Shown: positions 29,885-40,629, counted from the stretch's first letter. The stretch: DNA of 64,000 nucleotides from Candidatus Beckwithbacteria bacterium (GCA_026397255.1 JAPLVF010000007.1:3129-67128), one strand, 5' to 3'. A program made the numbers and translations. Notes: generated from the letters alone by a model not told the origin.

Positions 29885-31588
29885 ATGCCTGCCCAAGACC
29901 TTAAATTACTGGATTTTCTTTTGGAAAAGTCATTACTTAAAAAAAGTGACTATGAGCGGATTAAGACAGAGGTTTTGGGTTCGGCGGCCGGGGCGGAAGA
30001 ATTGTTAATCAAACATAATTTAGTCTCCGAGAACAAAATTACTCAGACGAAGGCGGAGTTACTTAAAGTGCCTTATTTAGATGTTTCCACTGTGAGCGCC
30101 AGTCCGGAAGCATTAAATTTACTGCCGCAGACGGTCGCGGAAAAATATTTAGTTTTACCGTTTTCCCTTGATAAAAATCAAAAGACATTATCCGTGGTAA
30201 TGGCCAATCCCGTGGACTTGCAGTCTTTGGAGTTTATTGAGAGAAAAACCGGGATGAGATTAAAATTATTTTTAGGCGAGCCAAGTAAACTGGTAAAGAT
30301 AATCGATGAACATTACACCCAGAGCTTGTCGACAGAAGTGACGGAGGCATTAAAAGAAACTACTACTATTAAGTCAGAAAAAATAGCTTTGGATGAGTAT
30401 AGCGGCGGAGTGATACGGGAGGCACCGATTGCTAAAATTGTGTCGACAATTTTAGAGTTTGCCATTAAGGCAAGAGCTTCCGATGTGCACATTGAGCCAT
30501 TGGAAGATAAAACCAGGGTGAGGTACAGAATTGACGGAATTTTATACGAGAAACTGATTTTACCCAGAAATGTTCATGACAGTGTAATTTCGAGAATTAA
30601 AATTTTGGCAGGAATGAAAATTGACGAAAAACGTTTACCTCAGGATGGTCGGTTTAATTTTAAGGCCGGTGCAGAAGAAGTGGATTTAAGAATTTCTTCT
30701 TTACCTTCGGTCTGGGGGGAAAAAATGGTGATGCGGTTACTAAAAAAGGAACTTAAAGTGCCGGATTTGCCGGATTTGGGGCTAAGAGGGATGGCGTTGA
30801 CTAATTTACAAACAGCGATTCGGGTTCCCCACGGAATTATTTTGATAACCGGGCCGACCGGTTCGGGAAAAACGACCACTTTATATTCACTGCTCTCAAA
30901 AATTAACACACCCCGGGTGAATATTTTAACTTTGGAAGATCCGGTGGAATATCAAATTCCCGGGGTTAACCAAGTCCAAGTGAATCCACAGGCGGGACTG
31001 ACTTTTTCTTCCGGATTGCGGTCATTTTTGCGCCAGGACCCGAACATTATTATGGTAGGCGAAATCCGGGATAAGGAAACGGCGGAGTTAGCGATTCAGG
31101 CATCTTTAACCGGCCATTTGGTTTTTTCAACCTTACACACGAATAGCGCTTCGGGAGCACTCCCTAGGCTTTTGGATATGGAAATGGAACCGTTTTTGCT
31201 GGCTTCATCCATGACTTGCATTGTTGGTCAACGGGTCTGCCGGCAGATTTGTAAGTTTTGCAGAGAAAGTTATACTCCCCCGGCTGCGGTAGTAGCGGAT
31301 ATTAAAAAAGTGCTGGGCCCGTTATTAAAATCAGATGACTTTAAGCTATATCGAGGAAAGAAATGTCAGGAGTGTAACGGCACCGGTTATTTGGGCAGAA
31401 TCGGGATTTTTGAAGTGCTGCCGGTAACGGAAAAAATCGGCCGCTTGATTTTAGAGCGGGTGCCTTCCAGTAAAATTGAAGCAGAGGCAAAAGAAAGTGG
31501 TATGATTGATATGAAACAAGATGGTTATTTAAAAATAGTGGAGGGCATGACGACTCTAGAAGAGGTTCTCAGAGTCGCTGAAGATTAA
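29885..31588 (+). CDS. pilB: Type IV pilus assembly ATPase (PilB/GspE)
   Basis: ASDVHIEP, GPTGSGKTTTLY, LRQDPN..MVGEIRD, Cys zinc motif. Confidence 0.93.
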   Translation: MPAQDLKLLDFLLEKSLLKKSDYERIKTEVLGSAAGAEELLIKHNLVSENKITQTKAELLKVPYLDVSTVSASPEALNLLPQTVAEKYLVLPFSLDKNQKTLSVVMANPVDLQSLEFIERKTGMRLKLFLGEPSKLVKIIDEHYTQSLSTEVTEALKETTTIKSEKIALDEYSGGVIREAPIAKIVSTILEFAIKARASDVHIEPLEDKTRVRYRIDGILYEKLILPRNVHDSVISRIKILAGMKIDEKRLPQDGRFNFKAGAEEVDLRISSLPSVWGEKMVMRLLKKELKVPDLPDLGLRGMALTNLQTAIRVPHGIILITGPTGSGKTTTLYSLLSKINTPRVNILTLEDPVEYQIPGVNQVQVNPQAGLTFSSGLRSFLRQDPNIIMVGEIRDKETAELAIQASLTGHLVFSTLHTNSASGALPRLLDMEMEPFLLASSMTCIVGQRVCRQICKFCRESYTPPAAVVADIKKVLGPLLKSDDFKLYRGKKCQECNGTGYLGRIGIFEVLPVTEKIGRLILERVPSSKIEAEAKESGMIDMKQDGYLKIVEGMTTLEEVLRVAED

Positions 31589-31590
31589 TT

Positions 31591-32643
31591 ATGGAGATAA
31601 AGTCTTTATTAGGTCTCGTGGTTGAAAAAAAAGCTTCAGACTTGCATTTGACGGTGGGGGTGCCGCCCTACCTCAGGATTAATGGTGAATTAGAGCCGGT
31701 CGGTCAAGAAGTGGTGACGGCCGAGATAGCCAAGGCATTAATTTTTCCATTGTTAACTCCGGAGCAAAAAGACACGTTTTTGGTCAATAAAGAATTAGAT
31801 TTTTCTTTTGCTTTTGGACATTTAGGTAGATTCAGGATAAATGTTTATTACCAGAAAGAGACAATGGCGGCGGCATTAAGATTGGTGACTGAGAAAATAA
31901 AAAGCATCGAGGAATTAGGCTTGCCGAAAATTTGCCATTTGGTTACTGAATTAAAACAGGGATTTGTATTAGTGACCGGACCAACCGGGCATGGGAAAAG
32001 TACAACTTTGGCGGCAATTATTGATGAAATCAACAAGACCAGGGCAGAGCATATTGTGACGATTGAAGATCCGATTGAGTATGTTTATACACCGCAAAAG
32101 AGCATCATCTCCCAGCGGGAAATGCATGGTGATACTCACTCCTGGTCAGTGGCTTTGCGGTCGGTTCTAAGGGAAGACCCTAATGTGGTGTTGGTCGGAG
32201 AAATGCGGGATTACGAAACGATTGCCGCGGCCCTGACGGTGGCAGAGACCGGGCATTTGGTGCTAGCGACACTACATACTAATAATGCGGCCCAGACAGT
32301 TGACCGGATCGTGGATGTTTTTCCGGAAAGCCAGCAAGCCCAAGTGAGAACTCAGTTAGCGAATACCTTGGCGGCAGTAATCAGCCAAAGATTGCTGCCG
32401 ATAATCGGCGGCGGCCGGGCAGCGGCAACAGAAGTGCTTTTAGGTTCTGCGGCAGTAAAAACAACGATCAGGGAAGGAAAATCCCATTTGATTAACAACA
32501 TTATTCAGACCTCCGGAGATTTAGGAATGCATACTTTGGAACAGGATTTAGCCCGTTTAGTCAACGAGAGTAAAATCGATTTTAAAGTGGCTCTAGGCTA
32601 TGCTTTAAACCCGGCAGAGTTAGAGCGTCTGGTTAAAAGATAA
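31591..32643 (+). CDS. pilT: Type IV pilus retraction ATPase
   Basis: ASDLHL, GPTGHGKSTTLA, LREDP, AETGHLV.ATLHT, TIREGK. Confidence 0.93.
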   Translation: MEIKSLLGLVVEKKASDLHLTVGVPPYLRINGELEPVGQEVVTAEIAKALIFPLLTPEQKDTFLVNKELDFSFAFGHLGRFRINVYYQKETMAAALRLVTEKIKSIEELGLPKICHLVTELKQGFVLVTGPTGHGKSTTLAAIIDEINKTRAEHIVTIEDPIEYVYTPQKSIISQREMHGDTHSWSVALRSVLREDPNVVLVGEMRDYETIAAALTVAETGHLVLATLHTNNAAQTVDRIVDVFPESQQAQVRTQLANTLAAVISQRLLPIIGGGRAAATEVLLGSAAVKTTIREGKSHLINNIIQTSGDLGMHTLEQDLARLVNESKIDFKVALGYALNPAELERLVKR

Positions 32644-33848
32644 TGGAAAAATTTAATTATTTAGCCACTGATAAAGATAACCGTAAAGTTAAAGGTACAG
32701 TTGAGGCAGTGAACTTGGTCCAGGCCCAAAGTATTTTAAGAAGCAAAAACCTGTTTATTATTAACTTAGACAAAATTGAACTTTTGCCGGCTTGGATGAA
32801 GATGCTGGAGAGTTTTAATAAGGTTAGACGGACAGAAGTAGTTCATTTTACCCGGCAGTTGGCGACGATGGTGACCGCCGGGTTGCCATTGACCAACGCT
32901 TTAGCAATCCTAAAATATCAGTCAGGCGCGGCCATGGGTAAATTAACAGACGAAATTTTGAGGGATGTGGAAGGCGGCGGATCTTTTTACAAGGCTTTGC
33001 AGAAACATGAAGGTGTTTTTGACCGGATTTATTTGTCTTTAGTCCGGTCGGGAGAGGCGGCGGGGGTTTTGGAAAAGGTCTTACAACGCTTGGCGGATAA
33101 TCTGGAAAAGGAAGGGGAATTCCGGGCAAAAACCAAAAGCGCGCTGATTTATCCGGCAATTATTACCATAGCGATGGTGGTGGTGGCGACAATAATGATG
33201 ATTTTTGTGATCCCTAAACTGACTTCGATGTATAACGACTTTGGGGCAGAATTACCGATGGTGACCAAGGTTTTAATTGGTATTTCAACGTTTGTGGCAA
33301 AAACTATTTGGCTTTGGCTGGTTTTATTAGTGGTGGGCGGGTATAGTTTCAGCAAATGGAGAAAAACAGCTTCCGGCAGGCTGATTTATGATACTTATAT
33401 TTTACGCTTACCGATAATCGGACCGTTAAAAACCAAAATGATTTTGACGGAGATCACCAGGACTTTGGCGTTGTTGGTCGAGTCAGGAGTGGCGATTGTG
33501 GAGGCTTTGGAAATTGTTTCCGGCGCGGCGGGCAACGAACTGTTTGGCCGATCGATAAAAACCGCGGCTAAGGATGTGGAAAAAGGTGTGCCTTTGGCGG
33601 CGGCCATCGGCCAGTTTGAACATTTTCCGCCGCTGATTTCGCAAATGCTGGCTGTGGGTGAAGAAACCGGGAAAATTGACGAAGTAATGTTTAATGTTTC
33701 TCGGTATTTTGAAACCGAATCCGAGCAGGCAGTGAAGGGCTTGACAACCGCAATTGAGCCACTTATGATGATTATATTAGGTGTGGGGGTAGGGTTTTTA
33801 GTAATTGCCATTATTATGCCAATTTATAATCTAACCAGCCAATTTTAG
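32643..33848 (+). CDS. pilC: Type IV pilus platform protein (PilC/GspF)
   Basis: FTRQLATMV.AGLP, GE..G.L, ALIYP, GEETG, IEP. Confidence 0.93.
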   Translation: MEKFNYLATDKDNRKVKGTVEAVNLVQAQSILRSKNLFIINLDKIELLPAWMKMLESFNKVRRTEVVHFTRQLATMVTAGLPLTNALAILKYQSGAAMGKLTDEILRDVEGGGSFYKALQKHEGVFDRIYLSLVRSGEAAGVLEKVLQRLADNLEKEGEFRAKTKSALIYPAIITIAMVVVATIMMIFVIPKLTSMYNDFGAELPMVTKVLIGISTFVAKTIWLWLVLLVVGGYSFSKWRKTASGRLIYDTYILRLPIIGPLKTKMILTEITRTLALLVESGVAIVEALEIVSGAAGNELFGRSIKTAAKDVEKGVPLAAAIGQFEHFPPLISQMLAVGEETGKIDEVMFNVSRYFETESEQAVKGLTTAIEPLMMIILGVGVGFLVIAIIMPIYNLTSQF

Positions 33849-33855
33849 GAGGCTT

Positions 33856-34530
33856 ATGAAGAAGGGTTTTACATTAATTGAGTTGTTGGTAGTGATTACT
33901 TTAATTGGTATTCTAGCGGTAGCAGTGTTATCAGCCTTGAACCCAATTGAGCAGATTAATAAAGCCCGGGATGCGGGTCGGCGGTCGGATGCGGCGCAAA
34001 TTATGTCGGCGCTTGACCGTTATTTTGCTTCTACGGAAGAGTTTCCCTGGAATAATGTCGGTTGGAGCAATGAAATAGCCGCAGTTTCCGGTGCTTTTTA
34101 CGGACGAGCGTCAATGAACGGTGTAGGTATCTGCGGGGCAGTTGCTACAGTTCCGGCCAGTGGATCCTATCTCTTAGAAACTGTGAGTGCCAGTGGCTGT
34201 ACCAATAAGGGGTTACTGGTTACTACAGAAGAATTGAAAAGCCAATTTGGCAAAAGAAAAGCTTTTAGAAGCACACCGTTGGCAGAGGACAAGTTTTATG
34301 TTATAAAATTACTTAATGATCCGTCAATCAGCGTCTGCTTTGTGCCTTCCTCAAAAGCAACTCGGATTAAATGGAATGCTGTAGCCGGACAGTTGAAAAG
34401 CTTAGCAATTGGCGGTACTGACTTACCGACAATAGTCCAACCTTGCACCACACAATTTGTTGCCACTGGGGCTGGGCCTGGATGGACGACTAACGTAGAT
34501 GCTTGTTATGTCTGTATTCCGGAAGAGTAA
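33856..34530 (+). CDS. Type IV pilin, likely major subunit
   Basis: KKG|FTLIELL prepilin motif, AGGAGG SD, own terminator. Confidence 0.85.
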   Translation: MKKGFTLIELLVVITLIGILAVAVLSALNPIEQINKARDAGRRSDAAQIMSALDRYFASTEEFPWNNVGWSNEIAAVSGAFYGRASMNGVGICGAVATVPASGSYLLETVSASGCTNKGLLVTTEELKSQFGKRKAFRSTPLAEDKFYVIKLLNDPSISVCFVPSSKATRIKWNAVAGQLKSLAIGGTDLPTIVQPCTTQFVATGAGPGWTTNVDACYVCIPEE

Positions 34531-34551
34531 AATAAGTTTGATTTGAATTTT

Positions 34552-34578
34552 AAAACCCCTCGGCAACGAGGGGTTTTT
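34552..34578 (+). terminator. Intrinsic (possibly bidirectional) terminator
   Basis: AAAACCCCTCG-GCAA-CGAGGGGTTTTT. Confidence 0.85.
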
Positions 34579-34601
34579 GGTTACAAAGTAAGCTATTTTT
34601 A

Positions 34602-34629
34602 AAACATTCCACTCCGGAGTGGAATGTTT
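34602..34629. repeat. Perfect palindrome, REP-like family B
   Basis: AAACATTCCACTCCGGAGTGGAATGTTT. Confidence 0.9.
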
Positions 34630-35293
34630 ACTCTAAGGAGAGAGATTTAATCAGGTGTAATTGTTTTTGATAATCGGCTTGATTTTGAATGAATTCAAGA
34701 TAAGATTTTTTTGTTTTAAACTCGCGCAAAATTGTGTCGGTGGAGCATAGGTTGTATCGACTGGAGGATAAATATTCTTTTATTGATGAATACGGGTATT
34801 CTTGAATTTTATTTATGTCTTTAATAATTGATGAGGTGAAGGGATTAAGATGAATATAGCGGCTGAGATGTAATAATTGTTCGTTAGAGGTAACCCTAAT
34901 AGCCTTAAATCTGCCTTCTAAAACTGGTCCCTGCTTTTCATAAATAGTATTAAAGTATTTTGAATAACTGTTGGAAAATTTACTAATTGATTGAAGAATG
35001 CCTTTATCTTTAGTTTGCTTGATAAGAAAATGAAAATGATTTGGCATAAAACAATAAGCTAAGATATCAATAGATGTTTGGACAAGTTGTTGTAATATCT
35101 TTTTTTGTCTTTTTGGTGTTTGAAGATTGAGATAGGAAAATTTTATTGGTGGAGTTAAATATTGGTAATATTGAATTGTTTTGATGGCCCTGATGTAGTC
35201 TTTTTCGGAAAAGAAAATCTGTTTTTTATTAAATCCCCTATTAAAGACGTGATATATTTCTTGAGTGACTAAAGGAGTTTTTCTACTGGGCAT
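34628..35293 (-). mobile_element. Second RAYT (Y1/HUH) transposase
   Basis: IYHVFNRG, YCFMPNHFHFL, Y.KYFN, RYIHLNP, YPYSS; palindromes on both sides. Confidence 0.88.
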
Positions 35294-35307
35294 GGTTTAT
35301 TTTATAA

Positions 35308-35329
35308 CATTCCACTCCGGAGTGGAATG
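35308..35329. repeat. Perfect palindrome, REP-like family B
   Basis: CATTCCACTCCGGAGTGGAATG. Confidence 0.9.
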
Positions 35330-35375
35330 AGTAGTAGCGGTGTTGCTGATTTGATTGATTTGGTATAGTAAAAGA

Positions 35376-36155
35376 ATGGATTATTTAATACTGTTTTTGC
35401 TGGGGTTGGCGGTCGGTAGTTTTTTAAATGTGGTGGTTTATCGGGTAAGGCACGGTGATTCGGCGCTGCGCGGACGATCCTACTGCGATTATTGCAAGGT
35501 CAAGATCGCCTGGTATGACAATATTCCCCTCCTCTCCTTTCTTTTATTGAAAGGCCGATGCCGGAAATGCAAAAGGAAAATTCCGATTGAATATCCCCTA
35601 ACAGAATTAGTAATCGGCATGGAGTTTGTCTGGATTTATTGGCTGCTGACGGTTAATTTTAGGTTTTTTGGTTCCTGGGAAGGATTTTACAGTTTAGCCC
35701 TGCTTCTCTACTGGCTGATTTTGTTTTCCGGTTCTTTGGCAATTGCTTATTTTGATCAAAAATATATGCTGATCCCCGATCAAATTGTCTGGCCGTTAAT
35801 TGCGGTGAGTATTATCAGGTTATTTTTCTCGCACCAATGGCTGGTGTTGTTAGTTGGTTTGCTGTCGGCGGGATTTATCTGGTTAATCAGATTAGTTTCC
35901 AAAGGAAAAATGGGTGACGGTGATATCCTGCTGGCTTTATTACTAGGTCTGGTTTTAGGCTGGCCCAGGATTGTCGTGGCTTACTTTTTGGCGTTCTTGA
36001 CAGGAGCAACTGTGGGCACTATATTGATATTAATTAAGAAAAAGAAGTTCAAGGACAGAATAGCCTTCGGGCCATTCCTTTTATTAGGAATGATAATAGC
36101 TAAATTATGGGGAGGAATTATATGGCAGTGGTATCAAAAGGTTTTACTCTTTTAG
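35376..36155 (+). CDS. pilD: Prepilin peptidase
   Basis: GSFLNVV.YR, RS.C..C, DNIP..S, G.C..C, MGDGD, FGPFL. Confidence 0.93.
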   Translation: MDYLILFLLGLAVGSFLNVVVYRVRHGDSALRGRSYCDYCKVKIAWYDNIPLLSFLLLKGRCRKCKRKIPIEYPLTELVIGMEFVWIYWLLTVNFRFFGSWEGFYSLALLLYWLILFSGSLAIAYFDQKYMLIPDQIVWPLIAVSIIRLFFSHQWLVLLVGLLSAGFIWLIRLVSKGKMGDGDILLALLLGLVLGWPRIVVAYFLAFLTGATVGTILILIKKKKFKDRIAFGPFLLLGMIIAKLWGGIIWQWYQKVLLF

Positions 36156-36568
36156 AGTTATTAGTGACAATTTCGATAATCGGCATTTTATTGGCGATTG
36201 GGTCGGTCAGTTTTTCCACGGCGCAGAAAAAAGGCAGGGATGCCCGGCGGCAAGGTGATATGGTGGCCATTCAAAAAGCGCTGGAGCAATGTTACAGCGT
36301 GGATGTGAGATATCCCGAAGTGAGTTTCGGTTCAAGTTTGATTTGCACGGCTGGTCAAACAACGATGAATCAGGTTCCGAATGATCCGAAAAACACCGGT
36401 ACATATGTTTATACTTATACGACTAATTCCGGAACCACAAACACCATTTATTGTTTGTGTGCGTATTTGGAGAATACGGGAACAGGCAACGCCAATACTG
36501 TTGGAGCAAATGGGGTTTGTAGCTGGGCTGGAACCAAAAATTACTTTTGCGTGAGTAACCAACAATGA
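36122..36568 (+). CDS. Type IV pilin-like protein
   Basis: KG|FTLLELL, RDARR..D, PNDP. Confidence 0.85.
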   Translation: MAVVSKGFTLLELLVTISIIGILLAIGSVSFSTAQKKGRDARRQGDMVAIQKALEQCYSVDVRYPEVSFGSSLICTAGQTTMNQVPNDPKNTGTYVYTYTTNSGTTNTIYCLCAYLENTGTGNANTVGANGVCSWAGTKNYFCVSNQQ

Positions 36569-36975
36569 AAAAAGTTTGCCTACGCCAGCGGGGTTTTACT
36601 TTTATAGAAATGTTGGTAGTTGTGACGATTATTGCTGTATTAACCATGGTGGGTATTGCTAACTTCCGGGTAGCGAATCAAAAAGCCAGAGATGGCCGCA
36701 GGCAGGGAGATTTGGAACAAATCCGGGCGGCCTTAGAGATGTATCGGACTGACCTAAAAGTTTATCCAACTACAGGTAATTTAAGTTTATTAACACCCAG
36801 TTACATTGGCACAATACCAGCTGATCCGACTACTGGACGTTTGTATCGTTATACCAGCGCTACCGGGGCAATTTATACATTATGTGCGGCTTTGGAGTTG
36901 GGAGGCACAGATACTTGCAGTGGCAATTGCGGCACAGGAATAACCTGTAATTACAAGATTAGCAATCCCCTATGA
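36565..36975 (+). CDS. Type IV pilin-like protein
   Basis: RG|FTFIEML, ARD.RR..DL.QI..ALE.Y. Confidence 0.85.
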   Translation: MKKVCLRQRGFTFIEMLVVVTIIAVLTMVGIANFRVANQKARDGRRQGDLEQIRAALEMYRTDLKVYPTTGNLSLLTPSYIGTIPADPTTGRLYRYTSATGAIYTLCAALELGGTDTCSGNCGTGITCNYKISNPL

Positions 36976-37427
36976 AGTTGGGGTTAGGGTTTACGTTGGT
37001 GGAGTTGCTGGTGGTGGTGGCTATTAGCGCGGTTCTTTTCGGCGGCGGGCTGGCGGCTTACCGGGGAATTGGAGATAAACAAGCGGTGAAGCAGAACGGA
37101 GCCACGTTTTTGTCTAATTTAAGATCGGTCCAACAGAAAGCCTTGGCTTCGGAAAAACCGACGGACTGCGGTACAAATCCATTCAAGGGTTATAGGGTTA
37201 ACACTAGCCATTCATCCTATTATACAGTGACGGCTTGGTGTGTAGGCGGGGTAGCAAAAAAAATTGATTTGACAGACGGGGTTGAGTTTGTAGACCCGTT
37301 TAATATTTATTTTCAGGTGCTAAAAGCAGAGGTTCTAGGGGCGCAGACGGTTACTTTATCCAAAGGCACTACCAGTTATGAAGTAACTATTGAACAAAGA
37401 GGGGTGATCAGCGGTGAACTACTTTAA
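36972..37427 (+). CDS. Minor pilin (FimT/GspH-like)
   Basis: G|FTLVELL. Confidence 0.8.
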   Translation: MKLGLGFTLVELLVVVAISAVLFGGGLAAYRGIGDKQAVKQNGATFLSNLRSVQQKALASEKPTDCGTNPFKGYRVNTSHSSYYTVTAWCVGGVAKKIDLTDGVEFVDPFNIYFQVLKAEVLGAQTVTLSKGTTSYEVTIEQRGVISGELL

Positions 37428-37857
37428 GACAAATAATTCAGGCCAGTCGTTGATTGAAGTGGTGGTAGCAGTAGGCATGATGGCTTTGTTATTAACGGCG
37501 ATTTTAGCCTTAGTGTCTTTGTCAGTAAAAAACAGCCGCGTGGCGAAAGATCGAGCCCAAGCAGTGAGTTTAGCCCAAGAAGGCGTGGAGTTGATGAGGA
37601 CTTATCGGGATTTTAGCTGGAGTCAATTCTCCGGCCAGGCGGACGGAACAACGGCTTATAATTTACCTGAGGATTGGACAGTGGGGCCGGCTTTATTAAG
37701 CAATTGCCAAATAAACATTAATACTTTTTTTAAACGCTGTGTACTTTTAAGCCAAAATCCAACACCAGTGACTGTTAATGTGGTGGTATCCTGGAAAGAA
37801 GGCGCGCAAACTTATCAAACAAATCAAGTAACGCAGTTGACTTTATGGGAAAGATAA
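37414..37857 (+). CDS. Minor pilin (PilV-like)
   Basis: G|QSLIEVV, A..LAQEGVE, V.V.VSW. Confidence 0.78.
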   Translation: MNYFKTNNSGQSLIEVVVAVGMMALLLTAILALVSLSVKNSRVAKDRAQAVSLAQEGVELMRTYRDFSWSQFSGQADGTTAYNLPEDWTVGPALLSNCQININTFFKRCVLLSQNPTPVTVNVVVSWKEGAQTYQTNQVTQLTLWER

Positions 37858-38324
37858 AAGGAAAAGGTTTTACACTGATTGAGGTATTAACCGTTTCGGG
37901 AATAATGGTTTTGTTCAGCATTACTTTAGTGGCGATATTATTGGGGGCATTCCGAGGCGGCGGCAAGGCCCAAATATTGCAGCAATTACATGAGGATGGT
38001 GATTTTGCCCTCAAGGCAATAACCAGAGAAGTGAGAAGGGCAGATAAGATAGCGTGCGGGGCTGGGAATTTAACGTTAACAATGCCGTATGGAGGCACAC
38101 CGATTTTATATAAATTGCTTAGTGATAGAGTGGCTTCAGGCAGCGCGTTTTTAACCGGAACATTGGGAGAGGTTTCCGGGCTGACATTTTCCTGCATAAA
38201 CGGCAGTGGCGGTAACCAGATTGTGACCATCAAATTTACTTTAACTGTCGGAGATACGTCATCCCAAGTTCAAGAAAAATTCAGCCAAAATTTTGCCACT
38301 TCGGTGGCTACTAGGCAAAAATAA
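37845..38324 (+). CDS. Minor pilin (PilW-like)
   Basis: KG|FTLIEVL, I.REVR.A. Confidence 0.78.
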   Translation: MGKIKGKGFTLIEVLTVSGIMVLFSITLVAILLGAFRGGGKAQILQQLHEDGDFALKAITREVRRADKIACGAGNLTLTMPYGGTPILYKLLSDRVASGSAFLTGTLGEVSGLTFSCINGSGGNQIVTIKFTLTVGDTSSQVQEKFSQNFATSVATRQK

Positions 38325-38346
38325 ACTAATAAGTTACTATAGAATT

Positions 38347-39057
38347 ATGAAACAAGGTCAAGCGGTGTTAATTGTGCTTTTAGTGGCGGCGGTGGCTTTA
38401 GGCTTTGGTTTGTCGATTATTTCCCGATCAACGACGGATGTTAAAATCAGCGAGCAGGAAGACCAGGCGTCGAGGGCATTTAATGCGGCAGAAGCCGGGA
38501 TAGAGGCCGGTTTACAAAATTTAGCCGTTGGGACTTATCCTTTACCACCGGTGGCGGGAATTACTGGTCAATATTCAGTTACAGGAGTTAATGTTTTAAA
38601 GTTAGAGACCTTGAGTGAAAACGATGTGGCCACAGTAGTTTTGGGAGGAGCAAACACTTTAACGGTTGAGTGGGGAGAAGCTTGTCCCGGGACGGCATCT
38701 TTGGAAATAGCAGTAATCGACAAAGACGGGAATGTTAAAAGAGACGGAATTAATGCCTGTACGGGATACGACAATGGTTTAACCGATATATCAACTCCGG
38801 GGACTGATGGTTATTTAAGAAGTCGTTCAGTGACAGTAGGGGTGGATGATCGGTTGGTGCGGATCAGGCCGATTTACAGCCAAACGAAGTTGAGGGTGTA
38901 CGGGTCAATAGAATTACCGCCGCAAGTGTATCAGGTTAATTCAACGGCCCAAGCGACGACTCTAGAGTCGAAAGCGATTAACGTGACCAGAACCGAACCG
39001 GCGGCGCCGGCAATATTTGACTATGCTTTATTTTCCGGGACAAACTTAGTACAATGA
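38347..39057 (+). CDS. Minor pilin (PilX-like)
   Basis: G|QAVLIVLL without E5, AFNAAEAGIE. Confidence 0.78.
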   Translation: MKQGQAVLIVLLVAAVALGFGLSIISRSTTDVKISEQEDQASRAFNAAEAGIEAGLQNLAVGTYPLPPVAGITGQYSVTGVNVLKLETLSENDVATVVLGGANTLTVEWGEACPGTASLEIAVIDKDGNVKRDGINACTGYDNGLTDISTPGTDGYLRSRSVTVGVDDRLVRIRPIYSQTKLRVYGSIELPPQVYQVNSTAQATTLESKAINVTRTEPAAPAIFDYALFSGTNLVQ

Positions 39058-39081
39058 TAATATATAAGGAGAAACCTGCCC

Positions 39082-40077
39082 ATGAAAAATTGGTTTGGCT
39101 TAGACATCGGGTCTAATCAAGTTAAAGTTTTACAAGCGGAAAAAGTCAGTCAAGGATTTAGAGTTGCCCGGATGGCAGCGGTGCCGCTTAAGGCCGATGG
39201 GTTAACCGAGGCGATTAAAACAGCTATCAAGGAAGCAAAAATAAAAGCTTCAAGCGAAGTCAATGTTGCTTTAGCGGAAAGTGAAGTTTTTACCAGAATT
39301 ATTGAGGCGCCGAAACTATCAGAAATGGAGTTGGCATCTTCAATCCGGTATGAAGCGGAACAATATATCCCCATTGCTTTATCAGAGGTGGAGTTATTTC
39401 ATCAGATTTTACCGATTGATGAAATTAAGAGTGATAAATCGATGAAGGTGTTATTGATTGCCGTACCAAAAACCCGAATTCAACAATTAATGCAAATCTT
39501 TGATCAGGCGGATTTGATTCCCGGTGGCCTAGAAACAGAGCTTTTTAGCTTGAAACGGATTTTAGGCGATGAAAAGAAAGTTCAGATTTTAACCAGCTTC
39601 GGCTATAAAACCACCGACCTAATGGTGTTGAATCATAACATCCCCAGCTTTACTTACTCAGCTAATGTCGGCGGGATGGCTTTAACTAAGAGTTTAGTTA
39701 ATGAATTATCTTTATCTTTTGAACAGGCGGAGGAATATAAAAAAACTTACGGATTAAGGGAAGATTTACTGGAAGGAAAGGTGGCTAAAATTTTACAACC
39801 TTTTATTGAAGAAATTATTGAGCAAATTAAAAAGGCGATGATTTATTTGCAACAACAGGGTTATAATAAACCTCCGAATGAACTCATTTTGGCCGGCGGC
39901 GGAGCCATGCTGGCCGGACTAAGTGGTTTTTTAGCCGCTAAATTGAACATAGAAGTGGTGATCGCTGATCCTTTTAAGAATTTTCTTCATGACGAAGATT
40001 TTAAAAAGAAGTTTCCCTATGAAAATAGCTCTCAGTGGGCAACAGTAACAGGGTTAGCTTTAAAAGGGTGGCTATAA
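39082..40077 (+). CDS. pilM: Type IV pilus protein PilM
   Basis: GLDIGS..VK, EAEQYIP, AE..K..YG, L.GGGA, GLAL. Confidence 0.9.
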   Translation: MKNWFGLDIGSNQVKVLQAEKVSQGFRVARMAAVPLKADGLTEAIKTAIKEAKIKASSEVNVALAESEVFTRIIEAPKLSEMELASSIRYEAEQYIPIALSEVELFHQILPIDEIKSDKSMKVLLIAVPKTRIQQLMQIFDQADLIPGGLETELFSLKRILGDEKKVQILTSFGYKTTDLMVLNHNIPSFTYSANVGGMALTKSLVNELSLSFEQAEEYKKTYGLREDLLEGKVAKILQPFIEEIIEQIKKAMIYLQQQGYNKPPNELILAGGGAMLAGLSGFLAAKLNIEVVIADPFKNFLHDEDFKKKFPYENSSQWATVTGLALKGWL

Positions 40078-40629
40078 ATGGAGATAGAACTAATTAAGAA
40101 AGAAATAAAGAAAGTTAGAGATCGGCAGAGATTAAAAAAACTGGCCGGGAAAATTCTGGTTTTAATTCTGTTTGGTTTAAGCGGGATAATGATTTTTGTG
40201 TCTTTATTTAATTTATCGATCAGCGCAATAAATAAAAAACTGGAATTGCAGTTGAATGTTATTAAACAAAAGATAACTGATTTAAAAGAGGTGGAAACGA
40301 AACAAGTATACTTATTAAGCAAGCTACAATCTTTTAAAGATTTGTTAAAGTTGCAGGAACGACATCAGGCAGTAGCCGAAGCAGTTTTTGCGCTTGTTCC
40401 GGACGGGACAAGCCTAAAAGGATTTGATGTTAATGAAAGCGGGATAATTAAACTGGCAGGTGATGTAGCTGATTGGGAAACATTTAATCTATTACTTGGT
40501 CATATCAGAGAGGCAAAAGCGGGAAAGTTAATCATTGTTAATGCTCAGGTGGATAAAATTTCTTTTGACAGTAAAAGCGGGATTAATTTTGATATAAATC
40601 TGCAATTATCCGGAGGCAATGTCAATTAA
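40078..40629 (+). CDS. PilN-like protein
   Basis: Position after pilM; TM + coiled coil + periplasmic domain. Confidence 0.65.
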   Translation: MEIELIKKEIKKVRDRQRLKKLAGKILVLILFGLSGIMIFVSLFNLSISAINKKLELQLNVIKQKITDLKEVETKQVYLLSKLQSFKDLLKLQERHQAVAEAVFALVPDGTSLKGFDVNESGIIKLAGDVADWETFNLLLGHIREAKAGKLIIVNAQVDKISFDSKSGINFDINLQLSGGNVN

